A stretch of DNA of 64,000 nucleotides from NCBI GenBank assembly GCA_024277525.1, contig JAJRUZ010000087.1:4530-68529 (forward strand), read 5' to 3'. The position numbers and the translations under genes are program-made. How positions within the stretch are numbered: the stretch's first letter is position 1; the number at the start of each line of letters is the position of its first letter. The stretch is from a candidate division WOR-3 bacterium. Lineage in GTDB: Bacteria; Hydrothermota; Hydrothermia; Hydrothermales; JAJRUZ01. Under the pieces are notes generated by a model. The model was not told the DNA's origin. It made no database searches and was given only the letters and a program-made list of their open reading frames with translations. This document shows positions 39,205 to 48,970 of this stretch, one piece after another.

Positions 39205-40350
39205 TTATCCCTCCCTCCTTAAAATTATCACACCACCGCTTGCAGACGGTAATCCTTTCCAAGTTGCAATAAGAGCAGATTCAGGGGATTTCAGTTGCAC
39301 ATTTCCTGCATCGCCCCTCAATTGTAAGACAGCATCATAAATTGCCCTTAAACCGTTCATTAATGAGGTATTGCCGTTTCCTATATTACCGCCTGTTGGG
39401 TTCACCGGGAACTCACCGCCCAGGTCAAAAAAACCTTCTTTCAAAGCCTCTGCGGAATCACCGAAACTCACAAGACCGAGTGCCTCAATATGCTGAAGTT
39501 CTTTATAAGAAAAAGTATCATCAATTTCTGCAAAATCAATGTCCTTCACAGGGTTTTTTATCCCTGCCTTTGAATATGCTTTTCGAGCAGCAACTTTCAA
39601 ATATTCTGCATCTCCCTCCCATCTTTCAATATTTGGTGTAAATTCTGCGAATCCGATACCCGCAATTTTTATCAAATCCCTTCCCCTTTCTTTCGCAATT
39701 TCTTCATTTGCAATCACAATTACACAAGCTCCGTCAGCATTCGGAGCAATATCAAGTTCTCTTAAAGGGTCCGAAACAGATTCTGAAAGAAGGACCTCTT
39801 CGGGTGATATAAACGAGCCGAAGGAACTTCTCCCGAATAAAAGAGCATTTGTTCTGTTTTTTGCAACAACATAAGCGGTATCAAGTTCATCATATCCTCT
39901 CGAATCCAGAAACATGTCCATTTCCAGTCCTGCAACAAAATAAGGGTTTATCTCAAGAGGTCTGACAAAAACAGGATCAAGTGCCATTGCGTGAACATGG
40001 GAATGATAGAGAATATTTGATAGCTTTGAATGAGCTTCAAGAACACCGATTTTGAAATGACCTGTTTTAATTTGTGCGAATAATGATGCGAGTCCGGTTG
40101 CTCCATCAGCACATATGGTGTGGACAGGTTTCAGCATTGCTCCGAGTTGATCAGGCACATATTCATCAAAAATTGCGGTTCCTTCTTCGTAGTCTTCTGA
40201 AAGGGAAACAAAGGTGTCAACATCTTTCGGCTCTATACCTGCGTCAAGATATGCTTTCTCCGCTGCTTCATAGATCATTTCCCTGAAACTCACCTCAGGA
40301 GAGATTTTTCTGGGAGGAGAAAGACCTATTCCGATTATGTAAACATTCAT
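39205..40350 (-). CDS. thiolase-fold (SCP-x/Ltp-like) protein retaining the N-terminal Cys (ICADGATG) but with Asn at the GH position
   Basis: 381 aa. MNVYIIGIG..., ..HTICADGATGLASL.., ..NPTGGNIGNGNTSLMNGL...LQLRGDAGNVQL. Confidence 0.7.
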   Translation of the reverse strand: MNVYIIGIGLSPPRKISPEVSFREMIYEAAEKAYLDAGIEPKDVDTFVSLSEDYEEGTAIFDEYVPDQLGAMLKPVHTICADGATGLASLFAQIKTGHFKIGVLEAHSKLSNILYHSHVHAMALDPVFVRPLEINPYFVAGLEMDMFLDSRGYDELDTAYVVAKNRTNALLFGRSSFGSFISPEEVLLSESVSDPLRELDIAPNADGACVIVIANEEIAKERGRDLIKIAGIGFAEFTPNIERWEGDAEYLKVAARKAYSKAGIKNPVKDIDFAEIDDTFSYKELQHIEALGLVSFGDSAEALKEGFFDLGGEFPVNPTGGNIGNGNTSLMNGLRAIYDAVLQLRGDAGNVQLKSPESALIATWKGLPSASGGVIILRREG

Positions 40351-40404
40351 GATTTTATAATTTTTAATTCCGGGATTGAACCATAGTATAAATTATAAAA
40401 TATT

Positions 40405-41100
40405 TTATGCTCCTGTTGCAAGACATAAGGCATAAATATTTGAGGCACCGCTTTCTTTTAAAACCTTTGCACATTCCTCAAGGGTAGCACCTGTTGTAAA
40501 AACATCATCAATTATTAAAATTTTTTTGTTTTTAATAAAATTCTTTTTAATTACCTTAAAGGCACCCGTGATATTTTCTTTTCTTTTTTCTTTATCTTCA
40601 ATTTTTGCCTGTGATTTTGTAGGTTTTATTCTTATTAGTATATCTTTATAATAATTTATTTCTTTCATTTTGTTCGTTTTTTCCAAAATGATTTCAATTT
40701 GATTAAATCCCCTCTCCCTTTCTCTTGAAGGATGAAGGGGGACAGGGATTGTAAGCTCAAAATCAGATATAAATTTTTCAATATGTTCTATGATAAAAGG
40801 AACAAAAAACTCCGAAATTTTTGTGTATCTTTTAAATTTATATGTTTCAATTAAATCTTTTATTTTGTCAGTATAATTGAAAATTGCGTAAACTTCATCA
40901 AGATATTTGAGTTTTATTTTACATTTATGTCTTTTCAAATTCCTTCCGCATCTTTTACAGAAAGGGGGATGAATCCTTGCTCTTAAAATAATCTCAAGGC
41001 AGTCCTTGCAGAAAAATTCATTTTTCTTTAAATTATCACAGGTAAAACACAGGGGAGGAAAGAAAAAATCTTTAAGGAAGAGAAGGAAACTTTTAAGCAT
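40405..41100 (-). CDS. comF: ComF-family phosphoribosyltransferase-domain protein
   Basis: N-terminal Cys-rich region (PPLCFTCDN...CKDC...CKRCG) and a C-terminal PRTase motif ILIIDDVFTTGATL. Confidence 0.8.
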   Translation of the reverse strand: MLKSFLLFLKDFFFPPLCFTCDNLKKNEFFCKDCLEIILRARIHPPFCKRCGRNLKRHKCKIKLKYLDEVYAIFNYTDKIKDLIETYKFKRYTKISEFFVPFIIEHIEKFISDFELTIPVPLHPSRERERGFNQIEIILEKTNKMKEINYYKDILIRIKPTKSQAKIEDKEKRKENITGAFKVIKKNFIKNKKILIIDDVFTTGATLEECAKVLKESGASNIYALCLATGA

Positions 41101-41141
41101 TAAAAATTATAACAAAATATTTTAACTCAAAGAAAAAATTC

Positions 41142-41978
41142 TTAAAACACAGGGTCACACGATTTTGTTGTTTTAAATTTTTCTATACCCTCCCTGCATA
41201 AACCTATCCTCTGAGTAAAATTTATTCCGACCTTATACGCCATTTCAAGAATCTCCTCCCTTAACTCCCTTTTTAAATACCTGTATCCCCTTATTTTTTT
41301 ATTCTCCCAAGGCAATTTTTCAATAAAAGGCAGAACTTCCTTCATTCTTTTTAAATTATCCGGCTTTGCTTTATAAGTCGAAAAAACAACCATATATAAA
41401 TTATTTACTCTGCTTAAAATCCCTTCAATAACTTCTTTTTTATCATTAAAACCGGGAATTATGGGATCTATTCTTATTACAATCCTTATACCCTCTTTTG
41501 AAAGCAAATTTGCAGCTTTTATTCTTTCGGAAACGGGAGGGGCATAAGGTTCAATTATTTTCGCTTTTTGGTCCTCAAAATGAGTGATTGTAAATGAAAC
41601 AAAAACATCCATATTTTTTAAAATGTCAATATCCCTTACAACAAGAGGGGATTTTGTTATAACTGAAATTCTGAAATTTTTATTTTTTAAATATAATAAC
41701 GTTTTCCTGGTTAAAAAAAGTCTGTCTTCAATTCCCGGATAAGGATCAGACGAAGACGAGATGTTTATCGGGTATGAATTTGATATTTTATCTATTTCTC
41801 TTTTTATTACTTTTAAATAATTATTCTTTAATCTCAATTTAAAGCCGTTTTTAATGTAAGAAGTTATATAACAATACCTGCATCTGTGATTACAGCCTGT
41901 ATACGGATTGATTGTATATTTTTTTCCGCATGTACATAACCCTTCTTTGAAGGGATCAAAAAAGGTTATATAACTCAC
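41142..41978 (-). CDS. radical SAM protein, COG1533 (SplB-like) family
   Basis: INPYTGCNHRCRYCYITSY gives a CxxxCxxC cluster in the context typical of the SplB-like radical SAM group. 278 aa. Confidence 0.7.
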   Translation of the reverse strand: MSYITFFDPFKEGLCTCGKKYTINPYTGCNHRCRYCYITSYIKNGFKLRLKNNYLKVIKREIDKISNSYPINISSSSDPYPGIEDRLFLTRKTLLYLKNKNFRISVITKSPLVVRDIDILKNMDVFVSFTITHFEDQKAKIIEPYAPPVSERIKAANLLSKEGIRIVIRIDPIIPGFNDKKEVIEGILSRVNNLYMVVFSTYKAKPDNLKRMKEVLPFIEKLPWENKKIRGYRYLKRELREEILEMAYKVGINFTQRIGLCREGIEKFKTTKSCDPVF

Positions 41979-44278
41979 TCCGATGATTTCAATATTTTGT
42001 AATATTTTTCCAATTTTTGAAGAACTTTTTTATGAACAAAATCTTCTTTTTTATTAAACATAATCCTTATGGCTTCATCAATGTTTTTTACAGCAATCAA
42101 TTCCAAATATCCCTTTTTTATAAAATCAATTACCTCATCCCTTAAACACAGATTTTTAATGTTTGTCTCCGGAAATATAACTTTAAATTTATTTTTTATC
42201 TCCTTAAATTTTAAAGCCTGATATAAGCCTTCAATTTTCTCATTAATACCTCCTATTGCCTGAATTTCTCCGAATTGATTTATCGCACCTGTAATGGCTG
42301 TATTTTGGTATATGGGAAGTTCCGAGAGCGAGGATAAAATTGAAAGTAATTCTGCTGCAGAAGCACTGTCTCCTTCAACTCCTTCATATGTTTGTTCAAA
42401 TACAACTCTTGCTGTCATATAAATCGGAATTTTCTGTCCGTATTTATAACCCAGATAACCCCTTAATATCTGTGTACCTTTTGTATGAATAGGCCCGGAA
42501 AGCTCCGCTTCCCTTTCAATATCCACCACACCTTCCTTACCCACCGAACAGGTTGCTGTTATTTTAACGGGTCTTCCGAATACCGTCTCTCCATAAGTAA
42601 GAACCGTTAAACCGTTTATTGTACCTACCTTTTTACCTTTAAAGTCAATTGAAATAACACCCTTTCTTATCCATTCAAAATAAATTTCCTCGATTTCTGT
42701 TGCCTTAAATTTTCTGTTTATTATGAAATTTATGTGTTTTTCTTTTATTTCTTTATTTTTTTCATTCTGTGCCATAAAACTTGCTTCCCTGAGTAGATCA
42801 CATATCGCTCCGAAATTTGTTGAAATTTTGTTCTGGTCCTGAGCAATTCTTGAAGAATACCATAAAATTTTTCTGAAAGAGTTTAAATCAGGGTACAAGA
42901 GTTTTTCTTTATCACAGAAAGTTTTTATAAATCTTGCTAAATCCATAATATTTCTCTTTGTCTTTGCCATCCTTGTCTTGAATTCAACATGAATTTTAAA
43001 AAGTTCGTTAAAATCTTCGTCACTTTCTTTCAAATTGAAATAAGTTGAAGGGGAACCGATCATTATTACCTTGCCTGTAAAAGGTATCGGCTCGGGTTTT
43101 ATTGTTTTTGTAGTATAGATGTTTTCCTCTTCGTTTATATTTTCAATATAAATTTTTCCTGATTTTAAAGTCCATTTTAAAAATGTATAAGATGGTCCGA
43201 TCTTTAATATCTCCTCTGCAGGAATTATCAGAAATCCCCCGTTTGCCCTGTGAAATGCACCCGGAATTATTCCTCCGAAATCAAGTGTCGGATTTTCAAG
43301 TGTCCTTTCAATTCTTCCGATAATTCTGGTCGGGGTGGGATGGGTCTCCAGCACAATCGGAGCCCCCCTTTGAGAGGAATTGTCAATAAAAAGATGAACT
43401 TTATATTTTTCTTTAAAATAAGAAAAACTCTCATCAGGTTTTGAAGAAATATAATCAATATTATCAAGAATGTCTTGAATTGCATTTTTTATGAATTCGA
43501 CTATTTCTTTTTCTTTTAAATACTTTGCAATTAAAGGCGGAAAAATACTTGATAAGGACCTTACACCGAATTGAGTTAAAAGATTTTTAATTTTTTCCCT
43601 AATATCCATTGTGATTTTTTCAATTTCCGCAACCGTTTCCTCAAGCATATTTTGGATTGTCTTGATATTCCTCTCAATTTCCTCTTTTTTACTCTGAGGA
43701 AGTTCTGAAAATTCTTCGGGTGTTATTATTTTTCCGCTTATAAGAGGCAAAATATCAAAACCCGTTTCTCTTGATTTCAAAAAAATATCTAAACTCCTTG
43801 CCTTTTCAAAAATTTTTTCAATTTTTTCCTGCTTTATTTTTTCAAATCCTGAAAGAACCTTATTTTTTGCCTCGTTAAATTCTTTACTTTTTATGATCTC
43901 TCTCAATTCTTCAAGGCTTTCGGATACTGCATCCTCAAAGTCTTTTTTAAAAATTTTGCCTTTACCCTTCTCAAGAATTATTGCTTTCGGAGAAAACGGA
44001 TTATTATGAGAAAAAACATATACAACATCGGGCGGAGCAGGCATTTTTTCAGCAATTTTGGAAACATATTCAAGGACCATACTTGTTCTACCGCTTCCGG
44101 GCATTCCTGAGACAAATATATGATGTGTTTTAGAAGGAATCGTAAGCCCGAACTCCATAGCCTTTTGAGCCTCTTTTTGTCCTATAAATCCTTCAAGGGA
44201 AGGAAGTTCACTTATTTTTTTAAACCCGAAATTTTTGTTATTTAAAAAGTCAATCTCTTTTACCTTTAATATTTTCAT
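41975..44278 (-). CDS. Lon-related protease (AAA+-like N-terminal region plus S16 Lon proteolytic domain)
   Basis: 767 aa. The C-terminal S16 domain has catalytic-Ser motif EGVEGDSASAAELLSILSSL. The N-terminal P-loop-like SGMPGSGRTS carries Arg where Walker A has Lys. Confidence 0.8.
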   Translation of the reverse strand: MKILKVKEIDFLNNKNFGFKKISELPSLEGFIGQKEAQKAMEFGLTIPSKTHHIFVSGMPGSGRTSMVLEYVSKIAEKMPAPPDVVYVFSHNNPFSPKAIILEKGKGKIFKKDFEDAVSESLEELREIIKSKEFNEAKNKVLSGFEKIKQEKIEKIFEKARSLDIFLKSRETGFDILPLISGKIITPEEFSELPQSKKEEIERNIKTIQNMLEETVAEIEKITMDIREKIKNLLTQFGVRSLSSIFPPLIAKYLKEKEIVEFIKNAIQDILDNIDYISSKPDESFSYFKEKYKVHLFIDNSSQRGAPIVLETHPTPTRIIGRIERTLENPTLDFGGIIPGAFHRANGGFLIIPAEEILKIGPSYTFLKWTLKSGKIYIENINEEENIYTTKTIKPEPIPFTGKVIMIGSPSTYFNLKESDEDFNELFKIHVEFKTRMAKTKRNIMDLARFIKTFCDKEKLLYPDLNSFRKILWYSSRIAQDQNKISTNFGAICDLLREASFMAQNEKNKEIKEKHINFIINRKFKATEIEEIYFEWIRKGVISIDFKGKKVGTINGLTVLTYGETVFGRPVKITATCSVGKEGVVDIEREAELSGPIHTKGTQILRGYLGYKYGQKIPIYMTARVVFEQTYEGVEGDSASAAELLSILSSLSELPIYQNTAITGAINQFGEIQAIGGINEKIEGLYQALKFKEIKNKFKVIFPETNIKNLCLRDEVIDFIKKGYLELIAVKNIDEAIRIMFNKKEDFVHKKVLQKLEKYYKILKSSE

Positions 44279-44302
44279 ATTTTTATTTTATAATATTCAC
44301 CT

Positions 44303-45655
44303 ATGGGATTGAAAGGACATCCGTTTGAAAAAATTCTGCTTTTTGTGTGCGATGCTATTTCTCTTTTTCTCGGTTTTAAAACAGCCTATTGGTTAAGATT
44401 TGAGAGCGGGTTCATTCCATTGTGGAAAAGACCGGTTCCCTATGAAATTTATTTAAAATCTTTTTTGGTTGTTTTCATTGTGGGCTTATTAATTAATATA
44501 TCAAGGGGGCTTTATGAGAAAGAAAAGAATTTCACAATGTTTGACACCTTTTTTGAACTTTTAAAAACTAATTTTATCTATTTACTCTTTATTACCTTTA
44601 TATCATTTTTTTACAGACAGATACTGTATTCAAGACTGGTTGTGAGTTTTTATTTCTTTTTTATCACAATATATGAATTTTCTTTTCGTCTCATTTTCAG
44701 GGAGGTTTTAAAGATTCTTTTTAAAAGGGGAATTTTTAAAAGGGACACAATACTTATAGGGGAAGGAGATATTTTGAGAGCAGTAAGGGTGAGAATCGAA
44801 GAGAGACCCGAACTCGGATTAAAGCTTAATAAAGTCTATAAGGCAGAGGAATTTTTGTCTCAAAGAGTAAACCCGCGAGAAGGCTCTGTTCTTATAATTG
44901 CGGTTCCGTTTGAAAAGCAGGGGCTTATTCCTCAAATAATGAAAAAAATCGAAGGAAAAAGGGTTGAAACATATCTCGCACCCGACTTGTATGAAATAAT
45001 GCTTATGGGAACAGAATCAATTCCCTTTAACGGAATTCCGCTTCTTGTTTTAAAAGAAAAAGGACTCACTTTAACACAAAGAATAATAAAAAGAGCCTTT
45101 GATATTGCATTTTCTTTGTTTGTTTTAATTCTTTTATCCCCTTTATTTTTGATCATATCCATTTTAATAAAGCTCACCTCAAAAGGACCTGTTTTTTACA
45201 AGCAGGAAAGAATAGGTAAGGACGGAAAGATTTTTTATTTATACAAATTCAGGACAATGTATGTTGGAGCGGATAAGGAAGAAGAACCGAAATTCACAAC
45301 GCCTGATGATCCGCGTGTCACACCCATCGGTAAAATCTTGAGAAAATTCAGCATAGATGAGTTTCCTCAGTTTATAAATGTCTTAAAAGGAGATATGAGC
45401 GTTGTCGGACCGAGACCCGAAAGACCCTATTTTGTTGAGAAATTCAAAAAAGAAATTCCGAGATATGATGAAAGACACAGGGTAAAAGGAGGGATAACGG
45501 GTTGGGCACAGGTTCACGGATGGAGAGGAGACACATCAATTGAAGAAAGATTGAGATATGACCTTTATTATATAGAAAACTGGTCATTTCTCCTTGATTT
45601 AAAAATTATTTTGAAAACAATAGTTATTTTCTTCAAACAAAAGAATGCCTATTAG
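44303..45655 (+). CDS. undecaprenyl-phosphate sugar phosphotransferase (bacterial sugar transferase, WbaP/EpsL-like)
   Basis: Multi-TM N-terminus, C-terminal ..KGPVFYKQERIGKDGKIFYLYKFRTM...PGITGWAQV.. domain. Confidence 0.88.
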   Translation: MGLKGHPFEKILLFVCDAISLFLGFKTAYWLRFESGFIPLWKRPVPYEIYLKSFLVVFIVGLLINISRGLYEKEKNFTMFDTFFELLKTNFIYLLFITFISFFYRQILYSRLVVSFYFFFITIYEFSFRLIFREVLKILFKRGIFKRDTILIGEGDILRAVRVRIEERPELGLKLNKVYKAEEFLSQRVNPREGSVLIIAVPFEKQGLIPQIMKKIEGKRVETYLAPDLYEIMLMGTESIPFNGIPLLVLKEKGLTLTQRIIKRAFDIAFSLFVLILLSPLFLIISILIKLTSKGPVFYKQERIGKDGKIFYLYKFRTMYVGADKEEEPKFTTPDDPRVTPIGKILRKFSIDEFPQFINVLKGDMSVVGPRPERPYFVEKFKKEIPRYDERHRVKGGITGWAQVHGWRGDTSIEERLRYDLYYIENWSFLLDLKIILKTIVIFFKQKNAY

Positions 45656-46947
45656 AAAATCAGATTAAAAATAAAAAAATGTATAAGCGAGAGCATAATT
45701 AAAGAAAAGACCGTTTTTATAAAATGAAATTTTATAAATCTATAAGCAAGAAGAATTAAAATTATTGTAAATAGTGTTTGAGAACCGATAAAAGCAAGTG
45801 CAGCTCCGGATAGTTGAAACTTCGGAATCAAAACAGAATTCAAAATTAATGTTAAAGGTAATAGAGCAAGATGATAAGGAACAATATAAAAATGTTTGTT
45901 CTCCGCAATTAAAAAAGAATAAAAAAAATAATTTATTGAAGGGAAAAGAATGAGTGAGAGAAGTAATTTCAATACGGGTAAAGAATCTTCATACTTATGA
46001 AGGAAATTTTTTATTACAAATACAACAGGTGGATAAAAGAAAAAAATCAAAATCGAAAGAAAAACAAGAAAAAGAGGCAATATGTAATAATTTTTGATAA
46101 CAAAACGGGACACACTTCCCTCAATTGCTTTTTTTCTCGTCAGATAAGGCAATAGAACAAGAGACATTGCTATGGGTATTTGATAAATAAGATTCAAAAA
46201 ATTAAGTGCTATTGCGTAAATTCCGTATCCTTTCCTTCCGATCAATCCGAGTATAAAAAGTCTATCAAGGGAGAAAATTATTATGTTCAGAAATCCCACT
46301 ATAAAAATAGGAAATCCTACAAAAAAAAGTGATTTTAAACTTTTTAAATGAATTTTAAATTTAAAAAAAATTATTTTCGTAAAATAGTAGGCAAAAATGA
46401 AATAAAGGAAATTTGTAATTGCAAAACCGAAAACCGCTCCTTCACCTTTAAAATATAAAGAAAAAAGAACAACGATCAGAAAAATTGAAATAGCATCAAT
46501 GACATTTAAAAGGGAAAGTTCTCCGAATTTCTCAAGACCTCTCATAGAAAATCTGTAAAATTCCTTAAAAAAGAAAAAAGGGATAAAGGGAATGGTAATG
46601 AGAAATACTTTTTTGAAAAAAGGAGAAGAATGCAAAGAAGCAATGAAAAGAATCACAATACCTATGAAAGAAACCAGAAAAATGAAAGTAAAAGCAGTGT
46701 TTAAAAGAAATGTAAGATTTTCTTTCTCATTTTTTGCTCTTAAAAAAGGGATTTCCCTTTGGAGACCCTGTAAAATTCCGAGTTGGAGACAAATGGCATA
46801 ACTCACAAAAAGTTTGTAAGCAGAATATCCTCCGTAATCTTCGGGTCCCAAAATTTTTGCTATTACAAAACCACCGATTGCCGAGATAAAAAAAGAAAAA
46901 ACATTTGAACCCGCAAGATAAAAAGTGTTTTTAATAAGTTTTTTCAT
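45652..46947 (-). CDS. polysaccharide flippase (Wzx-like, MOP superfamily)
   Basis: 431 aa, about 12 predicted TM segments, polysaccharide-biosynthesis-protein-like N-terminus. Confidence 0.7.
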   Translation of the reverse strand: MKKLIKNTFYLAGSNVFSFFISAIGGFVIAKILGPEDYGGYSAYKLFVSYAICLQLGILQGLQREIPFLRAKNEKENLTFLLNTAFTFIFLVSFIGIVILFIASLHSSPFFKKVFLITIPFIPFFFFKEFYRFSMRGLEKFGELSLLNVIDAISIFLIVVLFSLYFKGEGAVFGFAITNFLYFIFAYYFTKIIFFKFKIHLKSLKSLFFVGFPIFIVGFLNIIIFSLDRLFILGLIGRKGYGIYAIALNFLNLIYQIPIAMSLVLLPYLTRKKAIEGSVSRFVIKNYYILPLFLVFLSILIFFFYPPVVFVIKNFLHKYEDSLPVLKLLLSLILFPSINYFFYSFLIAENKHFYIVPYHLALLPLTLILNSVLIPKFQLSGAALAFIGSQTLFTIILILLAYRFIKFHFIKTVFSLIMLSLIHFFIFNLIF

Positions 46948-46982
46948 ATTGTATTTTCTTATAATTCGGGTTATATTTTATT

Positions 46983-47618
46983 ATGGAAAAGCTTCCTTTA
47001 TTATACGGTATATACGGCGGAGATGACCCTAATTTCTTTTATAAAATTGAAAGGTCATTCTTAGGAGGAGTCGGAATTTTTCAATTGAGGGAGAAAGAAA
47101 AAAGCAAAAGAGAAATTATAGAGAAGGCAAAAAGAATAAAAAAGATATGTGATGCGTATAATGTGCTTTTAATAATAAACGATGACCCGGAAATTGCATT
47201 AGAGGTGAATGCACACGGTGTCCACATCGGAAAAAAAGACGGAGATATAAGAAAGATAAGGAAAATTATTAAAAATAAAATTCTTGGTGTTTCATGCTAT
47301 GATGACATTTCAAGGGCAGAAAAAGCGGAAAAAGAAGGAGCAGACTATGTTTCTTTCTCTTCCCCTTTTCCATCTCCTACCAAAAAAGATAAAAAAATTG
47401 TTCCTTTTGAAGTAATTGAAAAAGCGATTGAAAAGATAAATATTCCCTTATTTGTCATAGGCGGAATCAATTCCGAAAATGTTTCCTATCTTCTTTCCAG
47501 AATAAAATGTGGCATTTGTTCTATTTCGGGAATCTATCACTCACAGGACCCTTTTTTAAATACCTTTAAAATGAGAGAAAAAATTCTCTATCACAATGAA
47601 GGTTCTCTCACCTTCTAA
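46983..47618 (+). CDS. thiE: thiamine-phosphate synthase
   Basis: TIM-barrel ThiE pattern (..LIINDDPEIALEVNAHGVHIGKKD.., ..GVSCYD.., ..VIGGIN..). 211 aa. Confidence 0.85.
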   Translation: MEKLPLLYGIYGGDDPNFFYKIERSFLGGVGIFQLREKEKSKREIIEKAKRIKKICDAYNVLLIINDDPEIALEVNAHGVHIGKKDGDIRKIRKIIKNKILGVSCYDDISRAEKAEKEGADYVSFSSPFPSPTKKDKKIVPFEVIEKAIEKINIPLFVIGGINSENVSYLLSRIKCGICSISGIYHSQDPFLNTFKMREKILYHNEGSLTF

Positions 47619-48423
47619 AATAAATTTCGGTCTCTGGATTTTATTCAAAAGAAAGAACGGTTTTCATGAGATAAGGTCATTCATTATTCCGATTGATTTA
47701 TTTGATGAAATTAATATTGAATATTCGGAATTAACAAGAATCAAATCCTCAAAAGGACCCAAAGGTGACGAGAATATTGTCTTTGATGTTTTGAAGATAA
47801 TGAGTGAAGAAACAGGGACCTTTATAAGTGCTGATATTTACATTAATAAGAAAATTCCGATCGGAGGAGGATTAGGAGGAGGAAGTTCAAATGCAGCAAG
47901 TGTTATAAAGGCAATAAATCAAATTTATGAATTGAACCTGGGAATAGAAGTTATCTTAAAAATTGCCGAAAAAATAGGAGCAGATGTTCCATTTTTTATC
48001 TTTTCAAAACCTGCTATTGTTAAAGGAAAAGGAAATGAAATAAGGGAAATTGATATCAAATTACCCTTTCATTTTTTAATTCATTATCCGAATTTCAGTA
48101 TTGACACAAGATGGGCTTACAATGCAATTTCCAGATTGATAAAAAATGAAGACTACAAAAAGAAGGAAGAAAAATTTGAAAAAATAATAGAACTTCTCAA
48201 AGAAGGCAAATACAATGAGGCACTGCATAATATTGAGAATGACTTTGAGAAGGTGGTTTTCAAAGAGTTTCCTGATTATAAAGAACTTTCGGAGTTTTAC
48301 AAAACAAAAGGAGCATTAAAGACCTTTCTGACAGGAACAGGGTCATGTCTTGTTGCTGTCTTTGAAAACAAGGTAAATATAAACATAAACAAAGGAGAAA
48401 TATTCTGGTGCAAACAACTGTAA
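47596..48423 (+). CDS. ispE: 4-diphosphocytidyl-2-C-methyl-D-erythritol kinase
   Basis: GHMP kinase motif PIGGGLGGGSSNAA. N-terminus ..SPSKINFGL.. typical of IspE. Confidence 0.88.
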   Translation: MKVLSPSKINFGLWILFKRKNGFHEIRSFIIPIDLFDEINIEYSELTRIKSSKGPKGDENIVFDVLKIMSEETGTFISADIYINKKIPIGGGLGGGSSNAASVIKAINQIYELNLGIEVILKIAEKIGADVPFFIFSKPAIVKGKGNEIREIDIKLPFHFLIHYPNFSIDTRWAYNAISRLIKNEDYKKKEEKFEKIIELLKEGKYNEALHNIENDFEKVVFKEFPDYKELSEFYKTKGALKTFLTGTGSCLVAVFENKVNININKGEIFWCKQL

Positions 48424-48463
48424 TTAACTTTTACCTTTATCATAAAGTTTGGTATAATAAAAT

Positions 48464-48970
48464 ATGAGAGAAAGAATAATTTTAATCTTGATTATCATAA
48501 CATTATCACAATGTAAGGAAAATAAAATTAAAAAAGAAATCAATATAAAAGAAAATCTTGAAGAGACAAAAAAAGTTAAGGTAGTTGAATATAAAGAAAA
48601 TGAAAAGATTTTTGAACTTTTTGCTGATGAAATAATTTCAAGGGAAGAATTTTTAAGAGCAAAAGGCTTAAGTATTTCAATTTATGAAGACGGTTTAAAG
48701 ACTTTATTTATAAGAGCGGATTCGGGTGATTATAACACAACTTCAGGAGATATTGAAATTAAGGGAAATGTGAAATTATGGAACAGTGAAGGAGATACTT
48801 TGTGGACCCAGCATCTCGTGTACAAATATAAAGAAGGAATAATAAAAAGTGATGCGGATTGCAGATTGTTCCAGAAGGGTAAATATATAAAAGGAAAGGG
48901 ATTTGAAAGTAAAAAACCATTTAAAAAAATCAGAATTTTCGGCAAAATTAAAGGAGAAAAAGAAAAATGA
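48464..48970 (+). CDS. lptC: LPS export protein LptC-like
   Basis: 168 aa, N-terminal TM anchor, OstA-like beta-jellyroll sequence, located immediately upstream of lptA-lptB. Confidence 0.6.
   Translation: MRERIILILIIITLSQCKENKIKKEINIKENLEETKKVKVVEYKENEKIFELFADEIISREEFLRAKGLSISIYEDGLKTLFIRADSGDYNTTSGDIEIKGNVKLWNSEGDTLWTQHLVYKYKEGIIKSDADCRLFQKGKYIKGKGFESKKPFKKIRIFGKIKGEKEK

Noticed and set aside
39203-39262. N-terminal 20-codon extension of the second thiolase-like gene (MERITVCKRWCDNFKEGGII)
   Set aside because: It overlaps the upstream thiolase-like gene by 58 nt. MAQKVAILGAG matches the conserved thiolase N-terminus, so the start was placed at 39202.
41975-44278. Possibility that the Lon-like protease is BrxL of a BREX defence system
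   Set aside because: No brxA/B/C, pglX, pglZ or methyltransferase genes are anywhere nearby. The neighbours are housekeeping and polysaccharide genes, so the call is kept as Lon-related/LonC-like only.
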